The translations under genes were made by a program, and so were the position numbers. The notes beneath the pieces are model-generated. The model worked only from the letters and a program-made list of their open reading frames with translations, was not told the DNA's origin and made no database searches. Positions 21,530 through 33,018 of a stretch of DNA of 64,000 bases are shown piece after piece; the first letter of the stretch is position 1, and each line of letters starts with the position of its first letter. Source of the stretch: Takakia lepidozioides (taxonomy: Eukaryota; Plantae; Bryophyta); assembly GCA_030704615.1 (NCBI GenBank), contig CM060731.1, forward strand, positions 17,360,001-17,424,000, given 5' to 3'.

Positions 21530-23094
21530 CTAGCATTCATGTTTCCAGTGTCCCTCTTTCTTGCAATAGTGGCATCTCGTGCTTTCTTTGTTTCTGGGTT
21601 GATGTTCCCTATCCTTTGGTGGATATTCATTTCGTGGCCTCTGATAACGATTACCTATGTTGTATCGTCTTGGTTCGTCAGATCCTCCCCATCGGATTTG
21701 GACTTGGTGTACCCCCACCTCTCGTGTGTACCCAGTCTTCTTGGCCCGTTGGTTGTAAATACAATGGCTGGTATTATGATTGTTCATATGACAAATATCA
21801 CAGTATTTGTCCTTCATATGGCATTCCGTTGTCAGGTGTCCTGCAGTCCCGCATTTGTGACACCATGTTGCCTTTCGTGGCCCTTCATCTTTAAAATTCT
21901 TGATAGCCTTTGCTATCTTCTGATCCAAAGTGGTTTTGTCAATCACTTCTTTCTTCTTTTGCTTGGGCTTTTCTTCATCATCAGAGTCTTCTTCTTCCAA
22001 GAGATCCTTGGAATCTTTGCTTCTGCTCTGATAGAATCCCAATTCCAACTTCTTTGCAGTCCCTACTGCTTCAGCCAAAGTGTTGTTAGGCATGACTGTG
22101 ACCATGGTTACGTATTCAGGACGAAGTCCATTGATGAACCATGATTTTTGCAAATCATCCCCTGGTGCTTGAGGTAGTTTCCTGATCAGAGTTTTCATTC
22201 TCTCCAGGTAGTCAACTACCAATTCTTGTTTTTTTGTCTTAGGTTCTGTAATCCTGTGAAGATTTCAGACATGGATTTGTTGGATCTATATCTTTCTTGA
22301 AACGCGGCTCTCATATCCGCCCAATTCGCAAAGTGATTAGCTGGGAAAGTCGCCAACCATTCAATGCCTTTCCGAGCCATTGAACAAGGAAATAGTCAGA
22401 TCTTCTCTTGGTCTGTTGCTTCATTGTAAATGGTGCACATGTTTTCAAATTGATTAAGTTGGATATCTGGATCAGATTTCCCATCATATAAAGGAAATGG
22501 TGGTCTGGTTTTGCTTGCTGCTAAAGCCATCGGTGCTGCTGGTGCAACTGGTTGTCCAAACTGGGATGGTCCCGCTGCTGCTGGCTGTGGTGGTGTTGGT
22601 GTTTGTCTTCCAAACAGTGATTCAAAACTAGGAGGTCCTTGTCCCAATGATAGTCGTCTTCCAGCTGCTGTCCCTACTAAGCTTAATGAATCTTTAAAAG
22701 CTTTGAGTGCAGTTATGGTTATCCTTTCTGGAGAAGTGCTTTCACTTCTTTCACCTTCTTCACTCAAAATGTTCTCAAATCTTTCTTCTAATATTTCAGC
22801 AAAACCTCTATTTGGGCTTGTTACTGTAGAAGGTCCTTCAGATCTTTCTTGTGGTAACCATTCACCAAGTACATTACTGGCAACTTCTTCTGGTGTAGTG
22901 TTCCCACTTCCCACCGATCCGATTTCCCGATCTTCTGGTTTATCACTGTTTGATGTCTCACCTTGAATAATTTTCAAGTTCTGTAATTCTGGAAACTCTT
23001 CTCTTAACCGAGCCTCCCTTTCTGCAGTATATTTCTCTATTTGTTCAGCTCTATCTTGTTTAGCTTTTTCTTTAATTTCCTCATTCATTCCCAC
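21530..23094 (-). pseudogene. Gypsy gag with three CCHC zinc knuckles
   Basis: FPLYDGKSDP capsid-like motif; CHKCGTAGHLTTEC, CDICHMNNHNTSHC, CHYCKKEGHWKHEC; stops and frameshifts at about 22250-22396. Confidence 0.88.
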
Positions 23095-23702
23095 ATCATA
23101 TGTAGAATTCCTTTTTAGTACCCTTTAAAACAGTCTTGGTATGTCAGTAAAGAAAATTTATAGTGTCTCTACCCTTTCTTCAAGATTCATCCTATCTTGC
23201 AAGAATCCGTATTATGACTTAATTTTCCTTTTTACTGATTGATCACCAAACTTTTTAATGGGCACAATAATACCATCTGTCTTTTTCAGTGTATCTGACT
23301 TGCAATAAGTTTTTGGGTATCCAGTACTCCACTGCTTCTATGATCGTGTGACAATATTCATAATTTGAACATCATTCTCTAAAAAAATAACTAGTGTAAC
23401 AAACTTTTCTGATTGGGATTAGAGTAATCAATAGAGCTAGACGAGACAACCAGTCTTCACTTATAATCCTACATTCCCAAGGTGCTCGTGTAATACTGAT
23501 CACTCCTCCCTTCAATCCCCATTTGTCATCTTCTTTCGCGATTGACAAAAAGATTTTCTGTTGTATTGCTCTTGGTAAACCATGAAAATTTTCCAGGAAT
23601 GTTTTCCATTCCTTTGCTTTTGTTGACTCGTTCTGTCGTGATTTCAAGAAATCACTGAGTAACCATCCTTCTTTGAGTACTCTTGAACTCAACATACCGT
23701 TA

Positions 23703-23721
23703 GTCCCCAGTATGGTCGCCA
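23703..23721 (-). other. Primer-binding site
   Basis: TGGCGACCATACTGGGGAC, 2 nt inside the 5' LTR; similar in form to Athila/Tat PBSs. Confidence 0.75.
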
Positions 23722-23723
23722 AA

Positions 23724-24606
23724 TGTTAACCGCTGGTTTATAACTTAGACAAAACAGGCTATTAACACTACTACCTATTTCTTAAGACATGCAACAGAGG
23801 TTGTCCGACGGTATGCTTTCAAAAACGATTATGAAGTAATCGTTTTAAGGATAGCTAAACCATAAACGTCGGATGAAGCCATATCTCTGCATGCTGCTTA
23901 ATCCTATTGATTAAGCCCAATCTACAGTTTCTTAAGCATAAAAGATCTTAGTCGAAATGACTGAAGCCTCTTGGTTCATACAAGCAGATGGTAGTCAAGA
24001 GAAAACAAGAACTATTCTGAGATGATACACATTCTCACCATCTCACGTTCTCTCATAATGCACATTCTCTCCATCTCACATTCACTCTACACAGAGATAC
24101 TTCGAATAGCATGGCTTTACTTCAGAGCTCGTCACATCATCACAGAAGTACACATAATCACTCTGAGTCCCTCTAAATACACATTGATCATTGATACTCC
24201 TACCGCGCACCTTCTGAGTTGCGTGCAGTCTTTTTATACTATGCTCGAAAGAGCCGTTACAGCCTGCGGTCGTTAATGACCGTTTGCCTAACTGCCTACG
24301 CAACCTAAAAGGTTTGCTAAAAAGTGGCTCGTTGTAGTGGTCGTGAGCCATAGTGGTAAACGGTCCACTACTCCCTCTATTGGTTAAAGCCGATGCTAAC
24401 GTGACCATGTGATATCGTGGTTCACGGCTCACGGTTACTACACTACCCACTACTGCTCTCGTGGTAATGTACCCTTGTCCCGCCATTGGCTAAGTACCGC
24501 GTACTTAGCCGTCTCTGCCTGTGGCTCAGGTAGTGTACGTCCATCACTACCCGGTATGTCCCGTTGTGACCCTCGTTGTCTGTCCCTCGTAGCATAGCCG
24601 TTATCA
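23724..24606 (-). repeat. 5' LTR
   Basis: tgttaaccgctgg...gccgttatca, 883 bp, direct repeat of the left LTR. Confidence 0.95.
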
Positions 24607-25797
24607 ACCACATCTTGTTTAGCCATACTATCAAACACTTCACGTGCATCGTCTAAGCTCCCAGATTTGGCTTACATGTCTACAAGTGCAGTCTCCAGAT
24701 TTACATATGACGTAATTCTAGCTTTCAGGATGTCAGCATGGACCTCTTTACCCTTTCCCAAGGCTCCAAGGCTGGCACACGCATTGAGAATGCAAATAAA
24801 TGTGACATGGTTGGGCATCACCCCTTCAAGTTCCATCTGCTCATAGATCTTGAAAGCATCCCTACTAGACCCATCCTGTACGTATCATACGATCATGGCA
24901 CTCCATGAGACCACGTCTCGTTTAGTCATCTTGTCAAACACTTGATGCGCATCCTTCATGTTCCCACATTTGGCATACATGTCACAAGTGTATTCTCCAA
25001 AGTTATATCTGACACAATCTCAGCTTTGATGATGTCACTGTGGACTTCTTTGCCCATTTCCAGGGCTCCTAGGCTGGCACAAGCCTTGAGAATGCAGATG
25101 AAGGTGACCCTGTTGTGTGTCACCCCTTCCTGTTGCATTTTCTTATAAACCTCAAATGCCTCCCTACTACACCCATCCTGAGCGTACCCAGCGATCATAG
25201 CACTCCATCAGACCACATCTCGTACAACCATACTCTTAAATACTTGTCATCCGTCCTTCATGCTCCTGCATTTTGCGTACAATATGTCAGCACGGGTAGT
25301 TTCCAAGTTAATATATGACGCAATTCCAGGTTTGAGAATGTTAGCAAGGACCTCTTTGCCCTTTTTCAAGGCTCCTAGGCTTGCACAGGCGTTCAGAACA
25401 CAGAGGAACGTGGCCCTGTTGGGTGTCACCCCTTCCCGTTGCATCTTCTCATAGATCTCCAAAGCCTGCCTACCACACCCATTCTGGGCATATCCTGCAA
25501 TCATGGTGTTCCACGAGACCACATCCCGTTGACCCATTTTATTAAACACTTGATGCGCATCCTTCATACTCCTTGATTGGCATACATGTAATATCATTTG
25601 CTCATAGGTATCCAAAGCCTCCTCCCGGGCCCCTGCTATGCATACCTTGCAAGCATCGTGTTCCGCGATACCACATCACATTCGGCCATAGTGTTGAACC
25701 CTCCCTTCGAAGATTTGGTGATGCAACCATGCACCTTTTGCCCTTTTCCAGGGTGCCAGGCTTGCACATGCACTGCAAACGCACACAAACGTGATGG
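24607..25797 (-). pseudogene. PLS PPR repeats (5' part of the interrupted PPR gene), cut by M2
   Basis: Repeated DVVSWNTMIAGYAQNG and CASLGALEMGKEVHS motifs with frameshifts. Confidence 0.9.
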
Positions 25798-26184
25798 GTG
25801 GTTGCTATTCCATGAGCTCATGAGCTAGCATGGCTCACCCATGAGCCGCAAAGTAACACACTTCGAATTTCGGCAAATTTTTTTCGGGCCCAAAACTATA
25901 AAATAATCGAAAGTAGTATAAGAAGAGAAGGTTTTCGAAGATTTCCGCGCTCATGCTGGAAGCACTCCGCTCATAAGTACTAGTGTCCGCTCATGACTTG
26001 GAGCCCAGGCTCATGGACCGCCAGGCCATGTCATAGAAAAACTGAATTCTGGGCAATAACGACACTGAAATTATCCCAGAGGAAGAGACGCAAGCGGAAT
26101 TAGGATCCGGGTTTGCAGACTCCGAAAACGCAATGACGACCTATAACCGTGGATAGTACTATTGCAGAAGTGCAGGATGGTTGG

Positions 26185-26545
26185 GTATAACGGCGCCATA
26201 ATTGGGCACAGGAAAAGAAATAGCCGGCTGAAGGCTCGGGAGTGAAGCCAATAACGGTGCCGAAATTGGGCTCCGCCAACCAAATACCCGGCTGAAGCCT
26301 CCGGAGTGCAGCCAATAACGGCGCCGAAATTGGGCCCCGGAAACCAAATACTCGGCTGAAGCCACCGGAGTGCAGCCGATAACGGCGCCGAAATTGGGGT
26401 CCGGAAACCAAATACCCAGCTGAAGGCTGGGGAGTGCAACCAATAACGGCGCCAAAATTGGGCTCTGGAAAAATTCTCGGCTGAAGCTTCTGCAGTCCAT
26501 CCAATAACGGCGCCGAAATTGGGCTCCGGAGAGCAAATACCCGCC
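26185..26545. repeat. M2 subterminal 64-bp tandem array (ATAACGGCGCCGAAATTGGG)
   Basis: Cores at 26187, 26251, 26315, 26379, 26443 and 26504. Confidence 0.9.
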
Positions 26546-26761
26546 TTACGGTGAGGGAGTTTTGCAAACTGTCCTGAAATTGGTGCGGATTTGTTTAATA
26601 AAAGCACACATGTCGGAGGAAATAGAAGTTCTGCCGCATACGACATTGGCAGTGCAACAATGATATATCCCTCTTCCGCCGGCCTCGCTCATTTTGCTCT
26701 TCACTCTTCTCTGTTGTGCCCATCTCCTCCCTGCTCTGAGTTCTTGCTGTGTCGTGAGGCC

Positions 26762-27313
26762 ATGTCGTGCCCGAATCACATCTATCGACGCCAGACGGGA
26801 GTCATTGTCCCGAAAGCAGACGACATCATTGTCTTCCTAGATGTTTACAGGGACGATCCTCGACTTGTCCAGCTGAGAGCAATGGAGTTTCTTCCAGGAT
26901 TGCACGATTCTCCTGGACCCCGGCTGGGGAGCAGGTGGTTCCTACGCATCATGGACCTGGACTTTCCACTTGAGTGGGAGCCGAACAGATCACGCACAGC
27001 GTTGTTGTATCTCTGGAATTGTTGTGAGTGGACGTATGATGAGTGCATAGGTGAAAACTTCACGCGTGGACGGACTGGCTCGGAAAGTGGGGACATTCTC
27101 TTCAGTTATGAGGAGGAGGAGGAGGGGAACACATGGCCCACTGTGAAAATGTCCTTCTACAAAGGGGGCGCTATCGATAAACACGACATCCTCGTTAGTT
27201 TCAACCGGGCGACAGAAACCGCTGACATTTTGTTCAAATATCGGCACCCGGTCACTCAGGAGGTCCTTGAGAGGCCAATTCGAGTTCCTTCTTCTTGGGC
27301 GAGGGGACCATAG
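26762..27313 (+). CDS. M2 orphan ORF, about 183 aa, unknown function
   Basis: Open frame from ATG 26762 with globular-looking composition; TATA-like atatat about 100 bp upstream; convergent with the transposase. No family recognised. Confidence 0.45.
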   Translation: MSCPNHIYRRQTGVIVPKADDIIVFLDVYRDDPRLVQLRAMEFLPGLHDSPGPRLGSRWFLRIMDLDFPLEWEPNRSRTALLYLWNCCEWTYDECIGENFTRGRTGSESGDILFSYEEEEEGNTWPTVKMSFYKGGAIDKHDILVSFNRATETADILFKYRHPVTQEVLERPIRVPSSWARGP

Positions 27314-28530
27314 GTCATGCATGCTACAATAGACATGTTTCAACTCGCCGACACTCATGGCACATACATTTTGATTCAGAAATCAAGTAGCTTCCCTGTG
27401 CCATATGGGGAATATACATGCTTGGATAATCTTCTGTTAAGGTTTTTTGCAATTCACTGCCAGTATGCTGGGACGTGTCCTTTGTCGTATGGATTGCTGT
27501 TTGCACAAGGTGCAGTATGCAAATGCTGGAATGTGCAGTAGGACCCTTCCCACTGGGACACAGAACTAGCAATCTTGTAAAGGCATCACATTTGCAGAAC
27601 ACTGACAATGTATTGGGAACAAATTGGAGTCTTCTCATAAAGGCGGACAAAAACGCCAGGATGGGCTGCGAAATCACCACAAATTGAATGAAGAGCAGTA
27701 ACAAGGAAGCACTATGCAGTATACAGACCAATAACGGCGCTGAAATAGGCCACAATACCCATGTATCTCCACACAATGTATGCTTTCCTCGGATCCATTT
27801 ATAGACATAACCAAAATAAAAAAAACATGCCCATGCCAGTCACGGCCAAAAACCACATTCTCATGTATTGCGGCACCAAAATGCACCTGGAGCCATGGCG
27901 GTGCGACACCACCAAATGTATAATTCCTCACAAAAAAATAGGGTGCAAGAAGATGAATGTAATATAATTGCCACTTTCTCCTTCCCGAATGTGGAATGTC
28001 AAGCAGTCCGATCTGTATCCTGCCGTAGGGCCTTGTGCAGCTTGTTGAAACTCAGTGTTGGAGCATGGATGACAGCGTAGCTACGGCGTGAGCCCAGCCC
28101 CGTGAGCCTGGGAGCTGAGCTCACGTTGTAGCTGCAAAGCGTGAGCTGAGCTCACGCTTCAAGGAAGCGTGAGCGGCACAAATCTGCTGGAGAAGCAGGT
28201 CCTATAGGCGAGGATTGCAAGAAGAGGGCCTATTACCGTGGACAAAACAAAGGGGGCCACCATGCACCATGTCTGCAATACCTGCACAAAAAGAGGAATA
28301 TGAAAATATGGCAGAATTGAGCTCAGAATGATTGACACACTTTATTTCAATTCACAGATAGACGCTTACAATGAATGGCATGTGCATTTGCCCTGGTTCC
28401 GTGAACGAAATGTATGTGTTTGTCCTAAATGCAAAGTCTTCACACGGTAACCTTGAAACCGGCATGGGAAGCGGGCATGGCTCGTAAGTGTTCAAAGAGA
28501 ATTTGGCGGAGCCCTACGTGAGGTGTCCCG

Positions 28531-31500
28531 CTACAGAAGGGTGATGACTTCTCCATAGCCTAGTGTGCCTTGGTGAATGAATTGGTCTCTCTTACCGTCG
28601 CAACACATAATTACAAGGTATATGTAATATTGATGCTTGCAGGGGACCCACTTCCCTCTCATGCCGAGAGCGCCCTCACGCATCGTTACAAAATCCGGAC
28701 AAGTGCAAGTAGGGAAATTCCCCACGGTAACCTGATATTCTTTGCCATGAAGAACTGAGCCAATAGACAGCACTGTGTAAATCCGTCCATACCCCGGGGC
28801 AGGGACTTCGGTGATACGAGCCACCCGAGCCTGCAAAATTCTAGCCGATTCCATCTTGCATTCGTGATCTGCACCCGAAGCGACACGACACACTGTTTTT
28901 CCATCTCTTTTTGTTGGGTGGGAGTCGGCACCGGGTGGAGGCATTGCCGGAGCTTGTGGCACATCTGTGTCGACAGTGCACAAGGGCACCACTCGGGATC
29001 ATGCAAGACAAAACCCTCCCTCCTCCAGCATGCTTATCTCGGTTGTTGACAGCGACGTCCCAAGTTTCACAGCCAAATTGCGGGGGGAGGGGGTTTCATT
29101 ATCACCGAAGGACGAACTGTTCCCTTGACGCATCATGCCATATCGTCTGGGCAGAACCAGAACTTGTGGTCCTTTGACTCCCCACTATGATAAGGTCGGA
29201 ACAACCCTGTGAATGTTGGAGCTGGAGTCCCCCTGGAGCCTTTGCATATTTTTGATTTGCATTTCTTGAAAGAGGGGGTCCGAATTGCCATGCAAGCAAC
29301 TCTAGATCCTGGTGGGGTGCGTTCTATATGCCACTCACTATCAATGCAATCAGATTCTTGCACCATGGCCACCACCTCCTCCAATGGGATTCCTGCTGCT
29401 GTGCTTGCATGTTCTGCACCTGCTCCACAGGAGGAGGACCCACCTGGAAAGGGGCCGGCACACGACTTAGTCTGCACTGGAGACACCTTTGGCACAGAGA
29501 AATTGACCCTGTCTGGGCGATGGGAATCTCCATCTGAACCTGGAAGAGTGTTCAATTTCCTTTTGCATGATCCAAATCTTTCCTCGCCTTCCAAATGAGG
29601 AAGCGTGGATTGCAAAGGGGAGCCTTCAGTGAACCTGTTCAGAGCTCTGGCCATCTTGGATGGGTCTCCGGACCTACTCGCAGCCCTTAGCATCAACAAA
29701 GTCGTACCGGGGCCCTTGCCTCCGCCCCGTCCCATCAGAAAATTGCGGTACCTGGTTTGTTGTGTGAGTGCCCGCACCATGTCATCAACAGTGGCCACAT
29801 ACAAGTCACAACCTGCTTTGGTAGATTGCTACATCCAGGCGTTATGAACAGTCTCCGCCAAATTACAGGATGGCATGTTGGCCAAGTCCTCCAAGGACAT
29901 GTCCTGCATGAGGCATTGCATGGAAATGAGAGGAAGGAAAGGAAATGGAAGAGGTTCTGCAAGCGACAATCCAAGAACCCCAAATGAAGAGGCACGATGC
30001 AAAATTTCTGATTTTGGGATTCAAGAGGCTTACCGTCGTCATGAAAGCTCCCCACTGTCTGTATCTGAAGTGCCAAAAAACCAACCAGTCCTCCAACTCC
30101 TTCAGGTGGATACCAGTAGTAGCACCAGAGGAGAACCACCAAGCCCGGATTGCTTGGTAAGTGCTCTCAGCTTCTCCCATTGAGTTGGCATTTTTGTACT
30201 TGAGACAGAGCCTTATGTGCTCCAACTGAAGGTCAGGGCGAATGCACCGCTTTGTATGACGTGCCAGAGATTGACTCCAATGGAAGAGGCATGTGCGCTC
30301 CCTATTTTCCATTGGGACCTTAGGATCCCCCGAACCAAACACGCGCCGCACTGCATTGAAATTTGCCTATGCACTATCAGCCATGAAGCCCGCAAAATTT
30401 GTGTTCTGTATTCCATTACGCTGCATGACGGCCAGGAGCGAATTCCACATGAGCATCTGGGATTCAGTGTCCTCCAACTGCATATCACAAATTGCTATTG
30501 AGAGCACACGCAGGTACGCTGGATCATACACATGGCACGCCATGGTTGTCCAACCCTTCACCCGTTTGCAGTGATCAAACATCAACCAACATTTAGCCAA
30601 ATCTCCTCCAGGTTGCATTCGGCGGACAATGCTCACACCACTGCCTTCGCCCACTGCGGACATCTTGAACAAATACACCTTGGATGAGCCCTGGCCAAGG
30701 AAGATACTGTTTTGAATGAATTCATAGCGACTTCTCCGTTTGAGGTCCATAATGTTGTCCATGAATCCAGCAGTGCATGTGCCAACTCTGAGTGCATTCA
30801 CCTGGTTTCGAATATTGAGAGAGCTCAACACGGAGAAATGGTCCATCACTGCATCAAGCAAATCTGCATCCAGCATTGGTTGTGTCGAATCCCCTTCACC
30901 CAATATGTGTTTTTCCAGGAAAGCCTTGCTAGCTGCAAGCGCTATAGCAGAAGGTGTTGCACAAGGGGCATTGTGGAACTCCTGCTTCAGCAGATTTCTA
31001 GCGATGTCCACGCTATCCCTGCAACTTCCTTTGGACACAGGATGCTCGTGTGCACCCATATGAATGCAGGCACGAGTTATTGTCTTGCATTGGTGTGCCA
31101 CCTGGTACATACGAGCGTGGCACACAGAAACACAGGACGGGGAAAGTTTGCAGAACCTGCACACAAAAGTATTGGTCTTGGGAGGGGCAAGTCCTGGGGT
31201 GAAAGGATTCAAGGGCACACCTTCCCACTCACTTTCGTTTGGTTGAGCACTGTTTCTCAGGCGAGGGCAAGATATATTCAGGCACTTGCAATGCCCAACG
31301 CAAACCGACCTTCGAAATTTCAATCCAATGTCGTTGTGGATGTTTGACGTTTTTGTCCTGCACCAAGGGTGTCCGTCATGTTTCTTGTCCATGCCCTGCA
31401 GAAGCCCAGCCAGTCCATTGGAAGACGTGGGAGGGTTGAGCTCAAACAAGATGTCCCCATCAAACTCTGCTGGCACGTATTGAACCCGCTGCACACGAAG

Positions 31501-32055
31501 GGACTCCCAATCAACAAAACGCAGCTCGCTCTTGCACCCAGGCACCCCTGCGAGGGCTTTCAATTTTGGAATGACACTCGTTATCTCTTGCAATTCGGAT
31601 TCATCCAAGAATGTAGTCTGCACTGGCGGAGGAATCTCAGAAACATCCTCCGAGGACAAGTCTGAAAGAGTCACGAATGTAGTGGATGTGCTCACCTCTT
31701 GTTTCACATGAACTGTGCTCTTTTGATGCACGACCGATGCTGCAGTTCCAGGGGTAATGACTGATCCTGCTGATTGTCTTCTCTATTTTCCAAGGACACG
31801 GTATGTGCCTGGAACGACTCTCCACTTCCTTCCACACTCGCCAACCAATGGTTTCTCCAAATGTCCAGAATCCAAATTCCCATCCTCGTCAAACACCTCT
31901 TTTTGAACAAGCAGAGAACCCAATTCCAATGGGAACACTGTAACCAGCTCATCCTCATGAACAACTGCAAACCCATCGTCGTCTGCAGTGGCAGTCAATG
32001 GAAGACTACCTGCATTGGAATGAAATCGGGCTAGTCTATCTCTGTCCCTGGACAT
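28531..32055 (-). pseudogene. M3 MULE transposase (GCM-like ZnF, DDE, SWIM) with nonsense mutations
   Basis: DGHPWCRTKTS..CVGHCKCLNISC..CRFC..HEHP; LMFDH, FMADSA*, CLFH, CNLAETVH; SWIM CTCPDF...CKH. TAG stops near 30367 and 29830. Confidence 0.88.
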
Positions 32056-33018
32056 GTTTTCCTACGCTGACCGAAACTTTCGATTCACAACAGAATCCCC
32101 GAATTGATAGCCCGCAATTCTCGAAAGGGGATCCACCACAAAAAAATTGAGGTCAACAAGGGTAGCACTAACCCAAAGGCTGCGGGCGATGCATCAAAAG
32201 GATGCAGGAATGACATGCACTGAACTTCGGAGATAACCACGCTGAGAGACACCAACTAGAAAAACTGTTTTCAAATACAGGAAGCCACAAGAAGCCGTGC
32301 TGTTTTTGGATGAAAAACAAACCCTGAACATGACATGAAACCATCCTTTATGGAAAGACGGCAACAACCCTGGAGAGCAGTAAACAAGAAGACCCCGAAT
32401 GTAATGAGGTCGTGCCGTGCCAGAAGAGCACAGCACAAACACTGACACTCCAAGAGTCACCTCGCACGGATGTGTGCAACACAAGATCATTTCCGACACA
32501 ACCCTTTATACCGAATGACCCCATGGCAACGATGACGGCAAAATGCAAAGCACAGGGCAGGCAATACAAAACACGTGGATGCATATGTAAAGCAGAACAT
32601 TTATGGCGAATCTGCAAGAACTGTTCCAAATTGAACTAGCATTAGATTTCTACGGCACTTCCAAATTTGAAACCATGCAAGAAGGCCGCCATATATTGGC
32701 AGGCGGCGAAGTACATCTGACATATATCACAAGTACATGCAACGGATGTACATATTTTCTAGCACTTTATTTCTTGAATAATACAAAGACGCCGAAATGG
32801 ATGAATTCCGTTCGCACACAATAACAACACCCGCATCCAAATACGGTTGACAATGTCCAATTTTGATTTTGGTTACATGCAATAGCAACCCTTGTTGCAA
32901 ACGTCAAACTGGAGAGCTCTAGAGGCATCGTGGGAAGCCCTTGTTTCCAGCGGAGGAGGAAGAGAAGGAAGTCATTATACTTCACGAGCTCTAGAAACGG
33001 GAATAGAGCCAGATATAG

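Larger units (their letters stand above)
3157..24606 (-). mobile_element. Ty3/Gypsy LTR retrotransposon (Athila/Tat-like, non-chromovirus), defective, with MULE M1 nested in its left LTR
   Basis: TG...CA LTRs. 5-bp TSD accat (3152-3156) / accac (24607-24611). PBS-like tggcgaccatactggggac next to the right (5') LTR and PPT next to the left (3') LTR. Gene order gag-PR-RT-RH-INT. Confidence 0.93.

Noticed and set aside
32876-32891. catgcaatagcaaccc as the missing right TIR of M2
   Set aside because: It lies inside TSD-bounded M3 and is not followed by a duplicate of the M2 left flank.
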